Positions 1-12,627 of a stretch of DNA of 64,000 nt are shown in pieces. The translations under genes and the position numbers were made by a program. Under the pieces are notes generated by a model that saw only the letters and a program-made list of their open reading frames with translations, was not told the DNA's origin and did not search any database. Origin of the DNA: Azolla caroliniana (taxonomy: Eukaryota; Plantae; Polypodiophyta); NCBI GenBank assembly GCA_043228905.1, contig JBHGNT010000006.1, positions 15,872,001 to 15,936,000 of the forward strand, written 5' to 3'. How positions within the stretch are numbered: position 1 is the stretch's first letter; the number at the start of each line of letters is the position of its first letter.

Positions 1-349
1 ACCACATAGAAGCGGTGAGTGGACTGTGGAAATGAAAAGAATCAGAAGAGAAACAGAAACAGAAACAGAAACAGAGGAATTGGATAAGGAGGGAGGGAAG
101 GAGGGTTCATAGATGATGGATGGACGGTTCTTCTTTCTCACTCCATCCATCCATCCATTATTCATTATGTACCTCAGGTGTCTATTGCCACCAAAATCAT
201 AAATAAACACGCCTCGCAAGGGAATCACGGCCACCGACGATGCAAGTCGCTCAGCTGAGGGCGGGTGCGATCTGCACGCACTATTCAATTAGGATAAAAA
301 AAATAAACGCACGAAAAAAAGAGAGCTAACAGTAGTCGCCTTACTCTAA

Positions 350-560
350 CAACTCGGTCACCCAACCACATTTGAGTCGCCCAACTATCCCAAATCAATC
401 ACCCAACTCTCAGCAACTCCGTCACCCAACCAAATGTGGTCACCCAACTATCAAAGGTTAGTCGCCCAACTATCACCAACTTGGTCACCCAACCAAGCAA
501 TTGTGGTCGCTCAATCGAGCGTGGTCTCCCACCCAAGTGTGGTGTGGTCGCACAATCAAG
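350..560. repeat. Array of ~10 GTCRCCCAAC motifs at ~21-bp spacing, possibly subterminal repeats of a DNA transposon
   Basis: gtcacccaac/gtcgcccaac recur at ~357, 377, 398, 421, 439, 461 and 484, with degenerate copies to ~555. Confidence 0.6.
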
Positions 561-1274
561 TTGTATAAAACCCCGAAACCTATCATTTTGTCACATTTTT
601 AAATGAGATTCTTAGGGTTTTGTGGAGGGAAAAAGGGTTTCAACTAACCATTTGTTGACGTGCATTCGCCATACCATCTTCATCGCCACCTGCTTACTTC
701 AAAAGTTGGTATTTTATTTGTTTCTACTTTTTCGGCAATTTTTTTATACTGTAAATAAATCATATTTGTGAATAATCAAGTATGTGATTTTGTCTAGCAG
801 TAATGAATTAGAAATGTGTGTGTATGTGTGCGTGTGAGAGAGACACACAACGAAAAAATAGAAAACTATATTCACAGGAATGATAACTGACTAACTTACA
901 AAGGAGAGGAGAAGAGTGCTTATATAGTCACCTTCTCTCTATACTCTTTAACTAAAACTACCTCTTGAGAAAGAGGGAAAAACTTAACTACCTCATAACT
1001 ATGTGTCATAGGAGTTACATCTATTACACATTAGTTATTGTTACATAGTAGTGGTGGAGTGTCCACATACTTGTAGTACTTAAGGTGTGTGTCCACATAC
1101 TTGACTTTGATTCTCAACATGCCCATTCAAGCTCAACTTCCAGTTGCTGAACAATCGGCTTTTGTCTAGATGTTGTCCAGGTTTGGCTTGATGATGTCTG
1201 GTTTTGGCTTTGCCTCACTCATTTTGCTTTCGGCTCACTCCCCCTCAAGCTCGGTAGATCGGGGGTTGAGAGTC

Positions 1275-1700
1275 CTAGGTCTGTAGTGAATTGCCGAAGC
1301 TTGTCGAACCCAAGTGCCTTTGTGAAGATGTCGGCCGTCTGAAGGGTACTACTGATGTGTTGAAGGTCGACATCCCCTGCCAGGACACGTTTCGAATGAA
1401 GTTATAGTGCACCTCAATGTGCTTAGTCTGAACGTAGAAGACAAGGTTCTGAGCGAGATGTATGTTGTTTAGGTTGCCGCAGTAAAGTAGGATTGGATCT
1501 TTGATGGAGACGTTCAGATCCTTGAGAATCCTTTTGAGCCATACGACTTCACATGTGGCAACGGCTGCGCCCCTGTATTCGGCCTCTATGCTCGACAATG
1601 CGACTATCGGCTGCTTCTTGCTGCTATAGGATATGGCTCCGTTGCAGAGGGAGAAGATGAATCCAGAGGTTGATCGTTTGTCTGCTCTGTAGCCGGCCCA
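1275..1700 (-). pseudogene. pol: Copia RNase H remnant
   Basis: SSIEAEY...ILLYC..N...TKHIEVHYNFIR motifs in ORF 1275-1598, frameshifted. Confidence 0.85.
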
Positions 1701-1899
1701 ATAAACCCTTCAAGTCAAATTGGCATTGCCGATTTGTAGAGGATGTCGTAATTCATTGTGCCACTTACATATATTGTAACACTCGCTTAGCGCAATCCAA
1801 ATGAATATTACGTGGTGACCCTTACATATTGTCACCCTTCTGACGTCGCATCGACTATCGGCTAGAGACTCTCCATCCACAAAAGAGGAGTGAAAGCTC

Positions 1900-2620
1900 A
1901 TGAGTAGAATACCCTACGCATCGGCCATAGGAAGTATTATGTATGTGATGGTGATGACCCAACTAAACCTTGCCTATGTTGTAGAAGTCACCAACCGCTA
2001 CATGTCTAAACCCGAACGGAGCCAAGTTTGGGATTTGTGAAGAATATATTCTGGTACCTGCACGACATTGAAGATCTGCAACTGACATTCAGATGAGTCA
2101 AGTTGACCGAAGTCGAAGGCTACACGGATTCCGACTATGCCGGAAATCCGGATAATCAAAAGTCTATGTAAGGATACGTCTTCACCTATGGAGGTAGTGC
2201 CATATCGTGGAGGTCGAAATTGCAAGATGCACAACACTCTCGACAACAGAGGTCAAGTACATAGTTGCATCGAAAGCAACCAAAGAATTCATTGGGTTGC
2301 ACCAACTGTCAGTTGACTTTTTGGCCAAGGGTCGAAACAATCATCCAGTGTTGACCCTGCATTGCAACTCTCAAAGCGCAATACACCTCATCTGGAATCC
2401 AGTATATCATGCTAAGACAAAAGATATTGAGGTGAGGTACCACCATATCCGGGAGCTCATCACTGAGAAGAAGCTTGAAGTTCAGAAAGTGGATACCGAG
2501 GTGAACATTGCTGATAACCGGACGGAGCTACTCCTAGATCAACACTTCGGCATAGTAAGAGGACCGATGGGACTACAACAAACGAGTGAGCAAAAAGGAG
2601 CTGAACAAGGAGAAACTTAG
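1900..2620 (+). pseudogene. pol: Copia (Tnt1/Tork-like) RT-end/RNase H remnant from a separate insertion
   Basis: LSTTEVKY, LHCNSQSAIHL, YHAKTKDIEVRYHHIRE motifs. Confidence 0.8.
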
Positions 2621-3160
2621 AAGGTAAGTCAAAGATCGACGCAGCCAGACAAGCCAAAACGACTAAGTTGAAGGAGCCGAACAACCGAAAAGTTGTAGAC
2701 GTGGCTAAGTGCGAGGAGATCGAAATGACGAAAGATGATCGAAGGACAAATGAAGCTAAAAACCAATCGCAGAACCCTCGAGGAGCACAAGGTCTAGCAT
2801 ACGTAAGGAGCCGATAACCTAGAACTTGAAAACCGAATAGGACACCAGTCGATTCAGACACGAGCCAACTCAGTTAAAGGCGACTTCACCTCTGTCAATT
2901 TAGCTACAAACCGGCTAGCTTATAACATACATAGTGTAGTTTAAACTTGAAATGTAATTTAACCTTATAGAGGAGATAACCCCATTACATTGTATGTAAA
3001 ATAGATTAGTCCTTTTACAAAGGATTTTGTTGGCATAATAGGCCGACTCAGCCCAAACTTGTATCTCTAGTGTCAATACAATTTACTTATTAACTATTTA
3101 AGTAGGTAATTGTTCTTGTAAAGTGTGTTCGGTGGTAATACAAACATTGAGTCTCTTTGT

Positions 3161-3200
<40 letters not shown>

Positions 3201-4018
3201 TGTAACGTTCTCAGTCTTCATCTTGTTGCACAATGAACTAACCTTATTCTATTGGTTCTTGCTATTTGCCTAACTCATCAACAGATCCTCATAGTCTTCA
3301 ATATTCATCAATTTGTTGCAAAAATCTTCTTGAGATTCTCCCAAGCTTCCTTCGGCTTCTTGGCCTCTCGGATATAGTTGAGCATGTGATCATGAGCACA
3401 TGATGCTAGACAATACAACACACGACTTGCCGCTTGCTCCCATGTCGGGTAGTCGGCATGTGTTGGGTTAGATTTCATTTCTTGCGCTCCTTCAATGTAA
3501 CTCTAATAGCTTTGGTCGATAAGGTATTTGGTGCATCTTGTATTCCCAAGATGCAAAGTTTTTTCTATCTAGCTTTTCATTGGGAAGAGAGTTGCCCATC
3601 TGAGTATTCATGATGGCCAACTAGTTGAAATAAGTTTCCTTCTTCTTCTTCTTCTTCTTTCTTGGATACGAACTATGTAGGGGTTCTACGATAACGATCA
3701 GGCAGTTCTTCTTGAACGTCAACACAAGCACAATACACACGGATGGGCTTAGATCAGGCTATGAAACAACTCTGATACCATGTGAAGAATCAAGTATGTG
3801 ATTCTGTGCAACGGTAATAAATTAGAAATGTGTGTATATTTGTGTGTGTGTGTGAGAGAGAGAGTATCATAGAAAAATTAGAAAACTATATTCATAGGAA
3901 TGATAACCGACTAACTTACAAAGGAGAGGAGAAGGAGCTTATATAGTCACCTTCTCTCTATACTCTCTTACTAAAACTACCTCTTGGGAAAGAGGGGAAA
4001 ACTTACCTACCTCATAAT

Positions 4019-5390
4019 TGTTGAGAGAAAAGCTCAACATGAAGCTGGACCGATTGGAGAAATTGATAGCTGGATCGGTTGGAGGCCGAATACTTAATCG
4101 GCTAGGAGAACCGACAGACCGTTAGGGCCTATATTCCTATGTTTAGTAATAGGAATATTTTAGGCAGTGAGTGTTAGATGTTCATGTGTGAGCATTGAAG
4201 TACTTGTTAGTACATCAATTAGCACTATGTTGGAGGGCTTGTATAAAAGTGCTCATTGAGCACAATTGTATATATAGAGTATTGTTATTTGAATATAGTT
4301 TTGTTGTTTGGTTATCTCTGTCTTTGTCTCTCACTCTCACTCTCTCCCTCTTTGTGTATACCTAACATTCCTCTAGTGTCCGGCAGTGTCCGGATGTAGG
4401 AGTCAAACTTTTGGTACCATATCCTCGGCATTTTCTTTAACCCATAAAGGTTTTTCTTCAATCGGCATACAAGTTGACCTTCCTCCCTTGTTGCCGTGAA
4501 GCCGGCCAATTGAGACATATATATGTCCTCTGCTAGATCTCCACAGAGAAACACCATCTTTACGTCTAATTGCTCCATCGCAAGGTATTTTGTCGCGATG
4601 AACCCTAATAGGAGCTGAAGGGTTGTCATCTTGACTACGGGAGAGAATATCTCATCATAGTCGATGCCATGTTCTTGTTTGAATCCCTTGGCAATGAGCC
4701 GAGCTTTGTACTTGGACTTGTCCAAACCAGACATGTATTTGTATCTGGCAAATTGTTTCATGGTATCAGAGTGCAAGGTTTGAAGATCCTCTACAACTAA
4801 CAAAGTGACCCAACACAAAGACAGCCTTCATTTTCCAGATAAGAACTACCATGAAGATGGACAAAGGAATGGGCAACTCCCTTTCAATAGAAAAGCTCAA
4901 CAAGAGCAACTATGCATCTTGTTCATACAAGATGCACCAGTACCTGCTTGGACAGGGGCATTGGAGTTATGTTGTAGGAGCTAATGATGCAACACTAGAT
5001 TCGACACATAGAATTTCCCGGCCTTGGAACATGCGGTCAACGGAGTGTTATACTACTTTGCATCCTATGTGAGTGACCATCGATTGAGCTATATCCAGGA
5101 TGCCAAGTCGCCAAAGGAAGCTTGGGTGAACCCGAAGAGGATCTTCGGCACAAACATGACGGCTAGAAAACTGTAGCTCAGACAGGAGTTGAGCCATGTT
5201 GGACAAAGAGACCTGTAGGTGGCCAATTACACCTTGAGAGTCCAGAAGATCTACTATTCCCCCACCTCAATCAATGTAATAGTTGAAGAAGATGAAATGG
5301 TGCAGGTCTACCTAGGAGGTTTGGCGTAGAAGTTCGGATCATTTCGAACGACGGTCTACATGAGAGAGAATACTCCGTCCTTCTTAGAGA
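4019..5390 (+). mobile_element. 5' part of Copia J: LTR 4019-4760, PBS 4761-4771, gag remnant 4851-5390
   Basis: tgttgag...gtttca followed by tggtatcagag. Gag EKLNKSNYAS.SYKMHQYL. LTR resembles the Copia G LTR. Confidence 0.75.
4387..4720 (-). pseudogene. pol: Copia RT fragment lying antisense inside the LTR of Copia J
   Basis: KYKARLIAKGF, FSPVVK, QLDVK, IYMSQ, LKKNLYGLK motifs. Confidence 0.8.
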
Positions 5391-5860
5391 TGTAGTTGTT
5401 ATCGTACGAGATGTATGGAGATGTCATAATAATGTTGTTGTGTATGTGTAATGTGTATGATTATGAGTGTGAGTGTAAGTATGAATAGATGTGTAAGTGT
5501 GGGAACACGCACATGTGTGTGGACAGATAAGAAAGGTTGTGAGCAAGTGATATGTGTGGATGGCTAAAGGGGCATGAACCCCTATGTATCTAACTCCTCA
5601 TTGTACTATTTAACCCCCATATGGGGAATGAATGGAAAAAAAGTGTTCTCTCTCATCTCTCTTTCTCTCTCTCTTCCTCCCTCATGTTGAACCCCTTTGG
5701 GACTGGGAGTGGAGCCATTCTAGGCCCCACCCCACACCCCACAATATCTACAACATCTCTGCCATCACACCATCACCCCCCAATGCTCTTTTAATCATCA
5801 TCATCATCATCATCATCAAGCCTAAACCCTAAACCAATACCATTTCTTTTTGGCGACCGT
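5391..5860 (+). mobile_element. LTR-like sequence (tgtag...ctaca, 5391-5752) followed by a PBS-like tggcgacc at 5851
   Basis: Shares gtggagccattctagg and a (CT)n block with the reverse complement of solo LTR 9104-9452. No TSD found and the right boundary is uncertain. Confidence 0.45.
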
Positions 5861-6554
5861 AATGGAGAACCCTCCTTTAGAAGAATCCAATGAAGAGACG
5901 TGGTGGAAGTATACAAGAGAGTGGTAAATCAAATCCACGATGTGCGAGTAATGGTGACATTATGTGTGCGAGTGTGTAGGAAATAGCGACAACGTGCATG
6001 TGTAGGGAAGCATGTGTTACGGACAGAAGAAGAATAGAACTACAAGGACATGATTGACAAATGTAAAATAGCAAATATCATTAACTAGTGTTGTTCACCT
6101 TGAATTCATTCAAGGTGAACTCAAATATTTATACTAAGCGGCATGCATGCCTGTTGCGTGCATGTGCCAAGTGTGAATAATACAAGGGAGCAATTATGCT
6201 CATGATGCTAGCTTAAAAGCTACAAGGAACAATTATGCGTATGACTGTATATTGGTGTTGAGAATCAAACTCAACTTCCCTAGTGTGGGAACACACCCTC
6301 GTGTGTGAACACCCCACCACCTATTGTAGTAACTAGTGTGTCATAGAGTCTTATAGTTCTATGACACATATTCAATGTAGTTAAGTCTCCACCTCCCTTT
6401 AGTTAAGAGGTGGTTGTAGAAAGAGAATATAGAGAGAAGGTGACTATATAAGAACCTTCCCACTTTATTTGTTGTTGGTCATTCTTGTAGTCCTTTCCTT
6501 GATAATATAGGCTAGACTTGTTTTCTGTATACGTCGAGATCTCTCACTCACTCA

Positions 6555-6610
<56 letters not shown>

Positions 6611-7367
6611 TCTCTTTTGCTGCACATAATCACTCTCATTTCTTTACATGGTATTAGAGAGATTGGTAGTCTGATCCAAGCTTATTCATGTATGTTGTGT
6701 TAAAGCCTACGTTCACGAAGAACCGGCCGATTGTTGTAGCAGCCTCTGCACAATCCATATCACAGAGAAGAGTCAACACGAACACCTAGACGGGAAGCAC
6801 TCTTCCTACGGAAAAGCTCGACAAAAACAAATTTGCATCTTGGGAGTACAAGATGTAGCAATACCTTGTCGGCCAAGGCTATTGGGGCTATACATTGAAG
6901 GAGCGCAATAAATGCAACCCAACCCGACACATACCGACTACCCAGCCTGGGAGCAATCTGCAAGCCGTGTGTTGGACTGCCTTGCATCGTGTGTACATGA
7001 CCACATGCTTGGCTACATTCGAGAGGCAGAATGTCATGGTACAACTCCAAAGGGATTCAAACCCATGACCTTGTGTTACATGGGCTGAACCCTTGCCATT
7101 AAACCATGAATATAATACAAAAAATATTAGTTTCATTTATTATTTCTACAGGAAATTCATGTATATTCTAGATTACTTTGGAACATTCGAGAAACTTCAA
7201 GAGTAATCGTGACAACACTATAAATAGAGACATAAGGCATTATTCCGAACCAATTCGGTTCAATGCTAGTGTTAAGCCTGCTAGTTGTTCTTGTATCTTT
7301 CTTCATATAATATAATATACTTCTTGTTGTCATCATTATCTCTCTCTACTCTCTCTTTCTCTCTCTC

Positions 7368-7413
<46 letters not shown>

Positions 7414-7516
7414 CACATGATTCTCACACACTCTTTCCCTTCTTAGTACTAATCCTCATTCTTCTCCTCTATCTCTAGTACTAATTCTCCTTGCCTCTAG
7501 TACTATCCCTAATAGT

Positions 7517-7529
7517 TTGAACCGAATTG
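7517..7529 (+). promoter_or_regulatory. Self-priming PBS of element E
   Basis: ttgaaccgaattg is the exact reverse complement of caattcggttcaa (7251-7263), which lies ~32 nt downstream of TATAAATA (7219). Confidence 0.8.
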
Positions 7530-7785
7530 TCTTTTGCTTTGTATTCCTCCCTCCCTTCATACTAATCTTCTTATCCTTATTTCCTCCAATACTATGAAAA
7601 TTATTAGCGCTCAAGAATACCAATATGTTTTCTCGGAGTTGCAATGCTTGAAAGAAAGGTTTGTCGCATTGGAACAAGAAAATCAACGACTATTGGGGGA
7701 TGTTTAGCAAATCTCTTTAGAAAAGCAGCAAGCACAACAACAACATGGGAAGTTGTAACAACAACATGGGGAGTTAGCGTTATGT

Positions 7786-8540
7786 GTGCAACAACTTGAA
7801 GCAACCATTGTAGCATTGCAACAACAAGGATCAAGTACTCAAGGGATTCATGAAGAGCCCAAGATCGGCCTTCCTATAAAATTTGATGGAACGCGATCAC
7901 AGTTCAGAGGATTCCTTAATCAGGTACAATTAGTCAGTCAAATGCATCCTTCCCGATATCCCACCGATGCATCACGAGTGGGTCTAGTAGGCACGTTATT
8001 GAGTGGCTCAGCTTTGGCATGGTTCGCTCCGTTGTTGGAAAAAAGTTCTCCATTACTAAACAACTTTGAAGAGTTTATAAGCGAGTTTAAAGCCTGTTTT
8101 AGAGATTCTAATAGCATAAGGACGACAATACACAAAATCCAACGATTACCTCAAGGTGATCATCCAGCCTCCGCTTACGCTGCAGATTTCCGTCTACTCG
8201 CCTCTGATATCCCCTGGGATGATCAAGCATTGATGGAGCAATTTTGATATGGCCTACGAAATGATGTCAAAGACTTACTCCTGAATTTCTCCAAAGAACC
8301 AAAATCGCTCATAGAGGCAATCAGTTGAGCGATACGATGCGATAACCGGCTTTTCGAACGACATTCTGAACGCCAGTTACAAATGCCAAAGACCAGGTCG
8401 GAGCCCACATACACCTCAGTCATAGCAAAACCATTTTCAAGGGAGTCATATAATGTATCCAACATTGATGGAAATTGACACCACACGTCGTCGTGGACCA
8501 TTGTCGGAAGAAGAAAAGCAACGATGCTGAGTAAATCTAT
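7786..8540 (+). pseudogene. gag: Chromovirus gag (Ty3 capsid-like) with stops
   Basis: ORF 7786-8247 plus a stop-interrupted continuation ending in a CCHC-like LCLYCGG motif. Confidence 0.8.
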
Positions 8541-9103
8541 TATGTCTTTACTGTGGAGGACCAATGCATATCTCATGGCCTCCTGGATAGTATCATCAAT
8601 GATCGTGGACCTCAATTCGTCTCAAAATTCTGGAAGCATCTCTTCAAAATGCTCAAGGTCACTTGTAACCTCTCCTCCGACTATCACCCTCAAACAGATG
8701 GCCAAGCAGAACGAACAAATCAAACGTTGGAACAATATCTTCGGTGTTTTCTAAGCTATCAACAAGATGATTGGGTGGACATTCTCCACTTGCCGAATTT
8801 GCTTATAATAACTCTATCCACTCATCGACTAGGGTTACACCATTTTATGCTTATACAGGCTATCATCCTCGATGGTGTGTGTTCGAAACTCCAGAGTTAC
8901 CCACAAATCCTCGTGCAAAGGATCATTTGGAGCAGCTATGCAAGATACAGGCAGACTTATCTACCCATTTACATCAAGCTCAACAAACACAGAAGGCTTA
9001 TGCGGATCGCCATCGGTTTCCGTCCTGTTTTGACATTGGCAATCGGGTATGGCTATGATGATGACACATCAAGACTATTTGACCATGCGATAAATTGGAT
9101 TAT

Positions 9104-9160
9104 TGTTAATGGGTAGGGGGTGAAGCCTAGAATGGCTCCACCCCCCTCCCAAGGGGGTTA

Positions 9161-9206
<46 letters not shown>

Positions 9207-9452
9207 ACAAATAAGAAACGACACCAAAATGAGAGGGGAAAAAGTTATCCATTACATACCCCATAGGGGGTTTATATAATACATCAAATGTAACGGTTAC
9301 ATGACCGTTGCACATTCTTGTACACATGCACATAATTGTGCATGTGTCCATACACATACTCATCCTCACACACTCATTTACATTACACACCTTAGACTTT
9401 ACACACCATACACATTACACCTTAACCCTCCCGTATACCTATACGCGTAACA
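9104..9452. mobile_element. Solo LTR inserted in the integrase of E
   Basis: tgtta...taaca ends and TSD attat/atgat. Removing it restores KLDY-RRLG. Confidence 0.75.
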
Positions 9453-10289
9453 ATGATCGACGATTAGGTCATTTCCGTATTATCGGAAAAATTAATGATC
9501 TACCTCTGCAATTATTGTTACATCCGGTTTTTCATAGTTCTCTTCTCGAACCCTATGAAGATAACACTATTCTGAATCATATTACACCGCCTCCACCCCT
9601 GATCGAGCTTGTAGTAGGACCGGAGTACAACGTTGCTGCCATCCTTGATTCCAAGATTGTTCGCAAGAACTCTACTATTTGGTCAATTGGCTAGGCTATA
9701 GTCCAAGCTACTGTACTTGCGAACCAATCTCTCGGGCTCTTATTCAAGATTTCCATCGACAATATCTTGACAAACCGGGTCCTCCATCTAACACTCATCG
9801 TCTTAGAGGGGGGGGGGGGGGGGTAGTGTCATGATATGACATGGTGTGGCTTCAAACCCATGACTTTGTGTTACATGGGCTGAACCCTTGCCATTAAACC
9901 ATGAATTGTAATACAAAAATATTAGTTTCATTTATTATTTCTATTGGAAATTCATGTATATTCTAGATTACTCTGGAACATTCTAGAAACTTCAAGAGTA
10001 ATCTTGACAACACTATAAATAGAGACATACGGCATTATTCCAAACCAATTCAGTTCAATGCTAGTCTTAAGTTGTTCTTGTATCTTTCTTTATATAATAT
10101 AATATACTTCTTGTTGTCATCATTATCTCTCTCTCCTTTCACGTGGTTCTCACACACTCTTTCTCTTCTTAGTACTAATCCTCATTCTTCTCCTCTATCT
10201 TTAGTACTATTTCTCCTTGCCTCTAGTAATATCCCTGACACAAAATGCCAAAGAAGGCATTGGGAAACTTCAAGGAAAACTTATGCTGA

Positions 10290-12627
10290 CACACACCTCA
10301 ACAAAGTGGAGTAGCCGAACGTAAAAATTGGCATATATTGGAGGTGGCGAGAGCAATGATGAATGAAAAGAACCAGCCGAAATCATATTGGGCTGAAGCG
10401 GCAAACATAGCCATCTATCTAATGAACCGATGCACGACATCTGGAGTGCATGATATCACCCCCCACGTCCCGATATTCAGCTCAATTCATACACATTCCT
10501 GATGGAAAGTGGCAAAACCTTGATCCGAAATTGGAGAAGTGTATCCTTGTGGGGTACTCACTCGAACAGAAAGGGTACAAGTGCTTCAAACCATCCACCA
10601 AAAATGTAAGAGTGAGTAGGGATGACGTATTCGACGAATCAACATCCATCCTGGTATTCGGTCGGCTTGGCTCCATCCGATCATCCAATTGAAACCGATT
10701 TCAATATAGAATTGGAGGGCAACCGATTAAGAATCACATCTGAAGAGAGTCCAATCTCAACCAAGTTGAGTGGACCAAAGGAGCCCCCGAGCAACCAAAG
10801 CACGTCGCGGCTGAGTCCGTGATGGACAAAGGGAAGGCCAAAATGCCTAACTACGAAGACTCGGAAGGAATCGAATCGGAACACTCACCTGATAGTGAGT
10901 TTAGTGGTTTAGATTTGTTGGTCACACTAGGAGCCGAGAAAGTGAACACAAAGACCAATGAATCACTGTGTTGTTCCACCCGAGAAAAGAATGTAGTCAG
11001 CCGATTCGGCTACAATGACTACATGGCATATCATTATGCCTTTATGATGAAAGTGGCGATAGTTCGACAGCCATAAACGTTTTCCAAAGCCATCAAGGAC
11101 CCACAATGGGTCGAAGTGATGAATGTGGAGATGCAAGTGCTCTCCAAAAATGAGACCTGGGATCTCATTCCTTCTTCACCCCACCAAAAGGAGATTGGTT
11201 GTCGGTGGATATTCAAAGTGAAGCACAATGCCGATGGCACCATCAATCGATTTAAAGCTCGGGTTGTGGCAAAAGGATATGCATAGACATACCGGATCGA
11301 TTACGAAGAGACCTTTGCCCCAGTGGCGAAGATGACTACCATTCGAACTGTGATCGCACTTGCAACAACAAAAGGGTGGCACCTCCACCAAATGGATGTG
11401 AAGAACGCCTTTTTCCAAGGTTAATTAGATGAGGGGGTGTACATGGTACAACCACCTGGTTTCGAGTCGAGTATGCATCCGACTGCTGTCTCCTGGCTTA
11501 AAAAGCCTCTCTACGGTCTCAAGCAAGCACCGAGAGCATGGCACTCGAAGATAAAACAATATCTTCACCAAATCGGCTTTAAAATATCCAAGTCAGATAA
11601 TTCGCTATTCGTCCAAAATGATTTCAAAGGACAACTGATCGTTATAATTTATGTAGACGACTTGGTCATTGGAGGAGAGCATCTAGAGGACATTGAAAAT
11701 ACTAAACGACTACTCTCCAGCTAATTCAAAATGACCGATATGAAGGAACTTCATTACTTTCTAGGAATAAAAGTAAGTCGGACCCCCGACGTTATCTTGA
11801 TCTCCCAAAGACATTACAGTCTCAATCTTCTATTCAAATTTGAGATGATAGAGTGTAAGCTTCTGGCTACCCCTCTTGATTGTAACCTTAAGCTCGATGC
11901 CAACTCTGGAACCGAAGAATGCAAGCTGACTCAGTACCATCAACTAGTCGGCAGTTTAATCTACCTCACCATCACTCGACCTGATCTAAGTTACCTGGTT
12001 GGTCTTCTTAGCCAGTTTATGTAGACACCTCGAAACATTCATCTGGATTGTGCTAAGCGAGTGTTAGGCTATGTGAGTGGGACGATGGATTTCAACATTC
12101 TTTACAAATCGAGCACTTTGATTCAGCTCGAAGGATATACTCATGCCGATTGAGCCGGTTATAAAGTAGACAGACGATCGACGTTTGGGTTCGTATTCAC
12201 ACTCGACAATGACGCTATTGCGTGGAGCAATAAGAAGCAGCCGATAGTCGCATTGTCGAGTGCAAAGGCTGAATACAAGGGTGTAACCTTCGCTACATGT
12301 GAAGTTGTTTGGCTCAAACGAATCATGAAGGATCTGGGCATTCCTATGAAGGATCCAATTCTCCTGTATTGCGACAACATGAGCAACATCCACATGGCCC
12401 CCAACCCAGTCTTCCACGCTCGGACCAAGAACATTGAGGTGCACTACCACTTCATCCAAGAACGTGTCTTGGTTGGAGATATCGACCTGCGGTATATTAG
12501 CACGAATCTGCAGACGACCGATGTCTTCACGAAAGCCCCGGGAATTGACAAGTTACAGCAGTTTGAGACAATCCTCGGTCTATCGATCATCGACCAACCG
12601 CACTTGAGGGGGAGTACGATAGAGTAG
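10290..12627 (+). pseudogene. pol: Copia D integrase C-half, RT and RNase H
   Basis: TPQQSGVAERKN, KCILVGYS, LYGLKQAPRAW, IYVDDL, SSAKAEY, YCDN motifs with several stops. Confidence 0.92.

Larger units (their letters stand above)
767..4018 (-). mobile_element. Degraded Ty1/Copia element I (LTR family related to Copia D)
   Basis: LTR copies at 767-1119 (TG..CA) and 3781-4018 (interrupted). Reverse-complement Met-tRNA PBS ctctgatacca at 3770-3780. RNase H remnant 1275-1700 and gag remnant ~3290-3600. Confidence 0.75.
7032..10240 (+). mobile_element. Tcn1-like chromovirus E, deleted for PR-RT-RH
   Basis: LTRs 7032-7514 and 9827-10240. TSD cagaa/caaaa. G-rich PPT 9805-9823. Gag KFDGTRSQFRGF (7786-8540) joined to an integrase C-half (DRGPQF, YHPQTDGQAER) and chromodomain (EYNVAAILDSK). 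Confidence 0.88.

Noticed and set aside
1-330. 5' end or promoter of a host gene on the minus strand ((AAACAG)4, GA-rich)
   Set aside because: No ORF or splice evidence within the window, so it cannot be supported.
6085-6120. Helitron 3' end (hairpin plus CTAG on the minus strand)
   Set aside because: The spacing is only 4 nt, and the segment is continuous with the chromovirus F LTR across the Copia D insertion.
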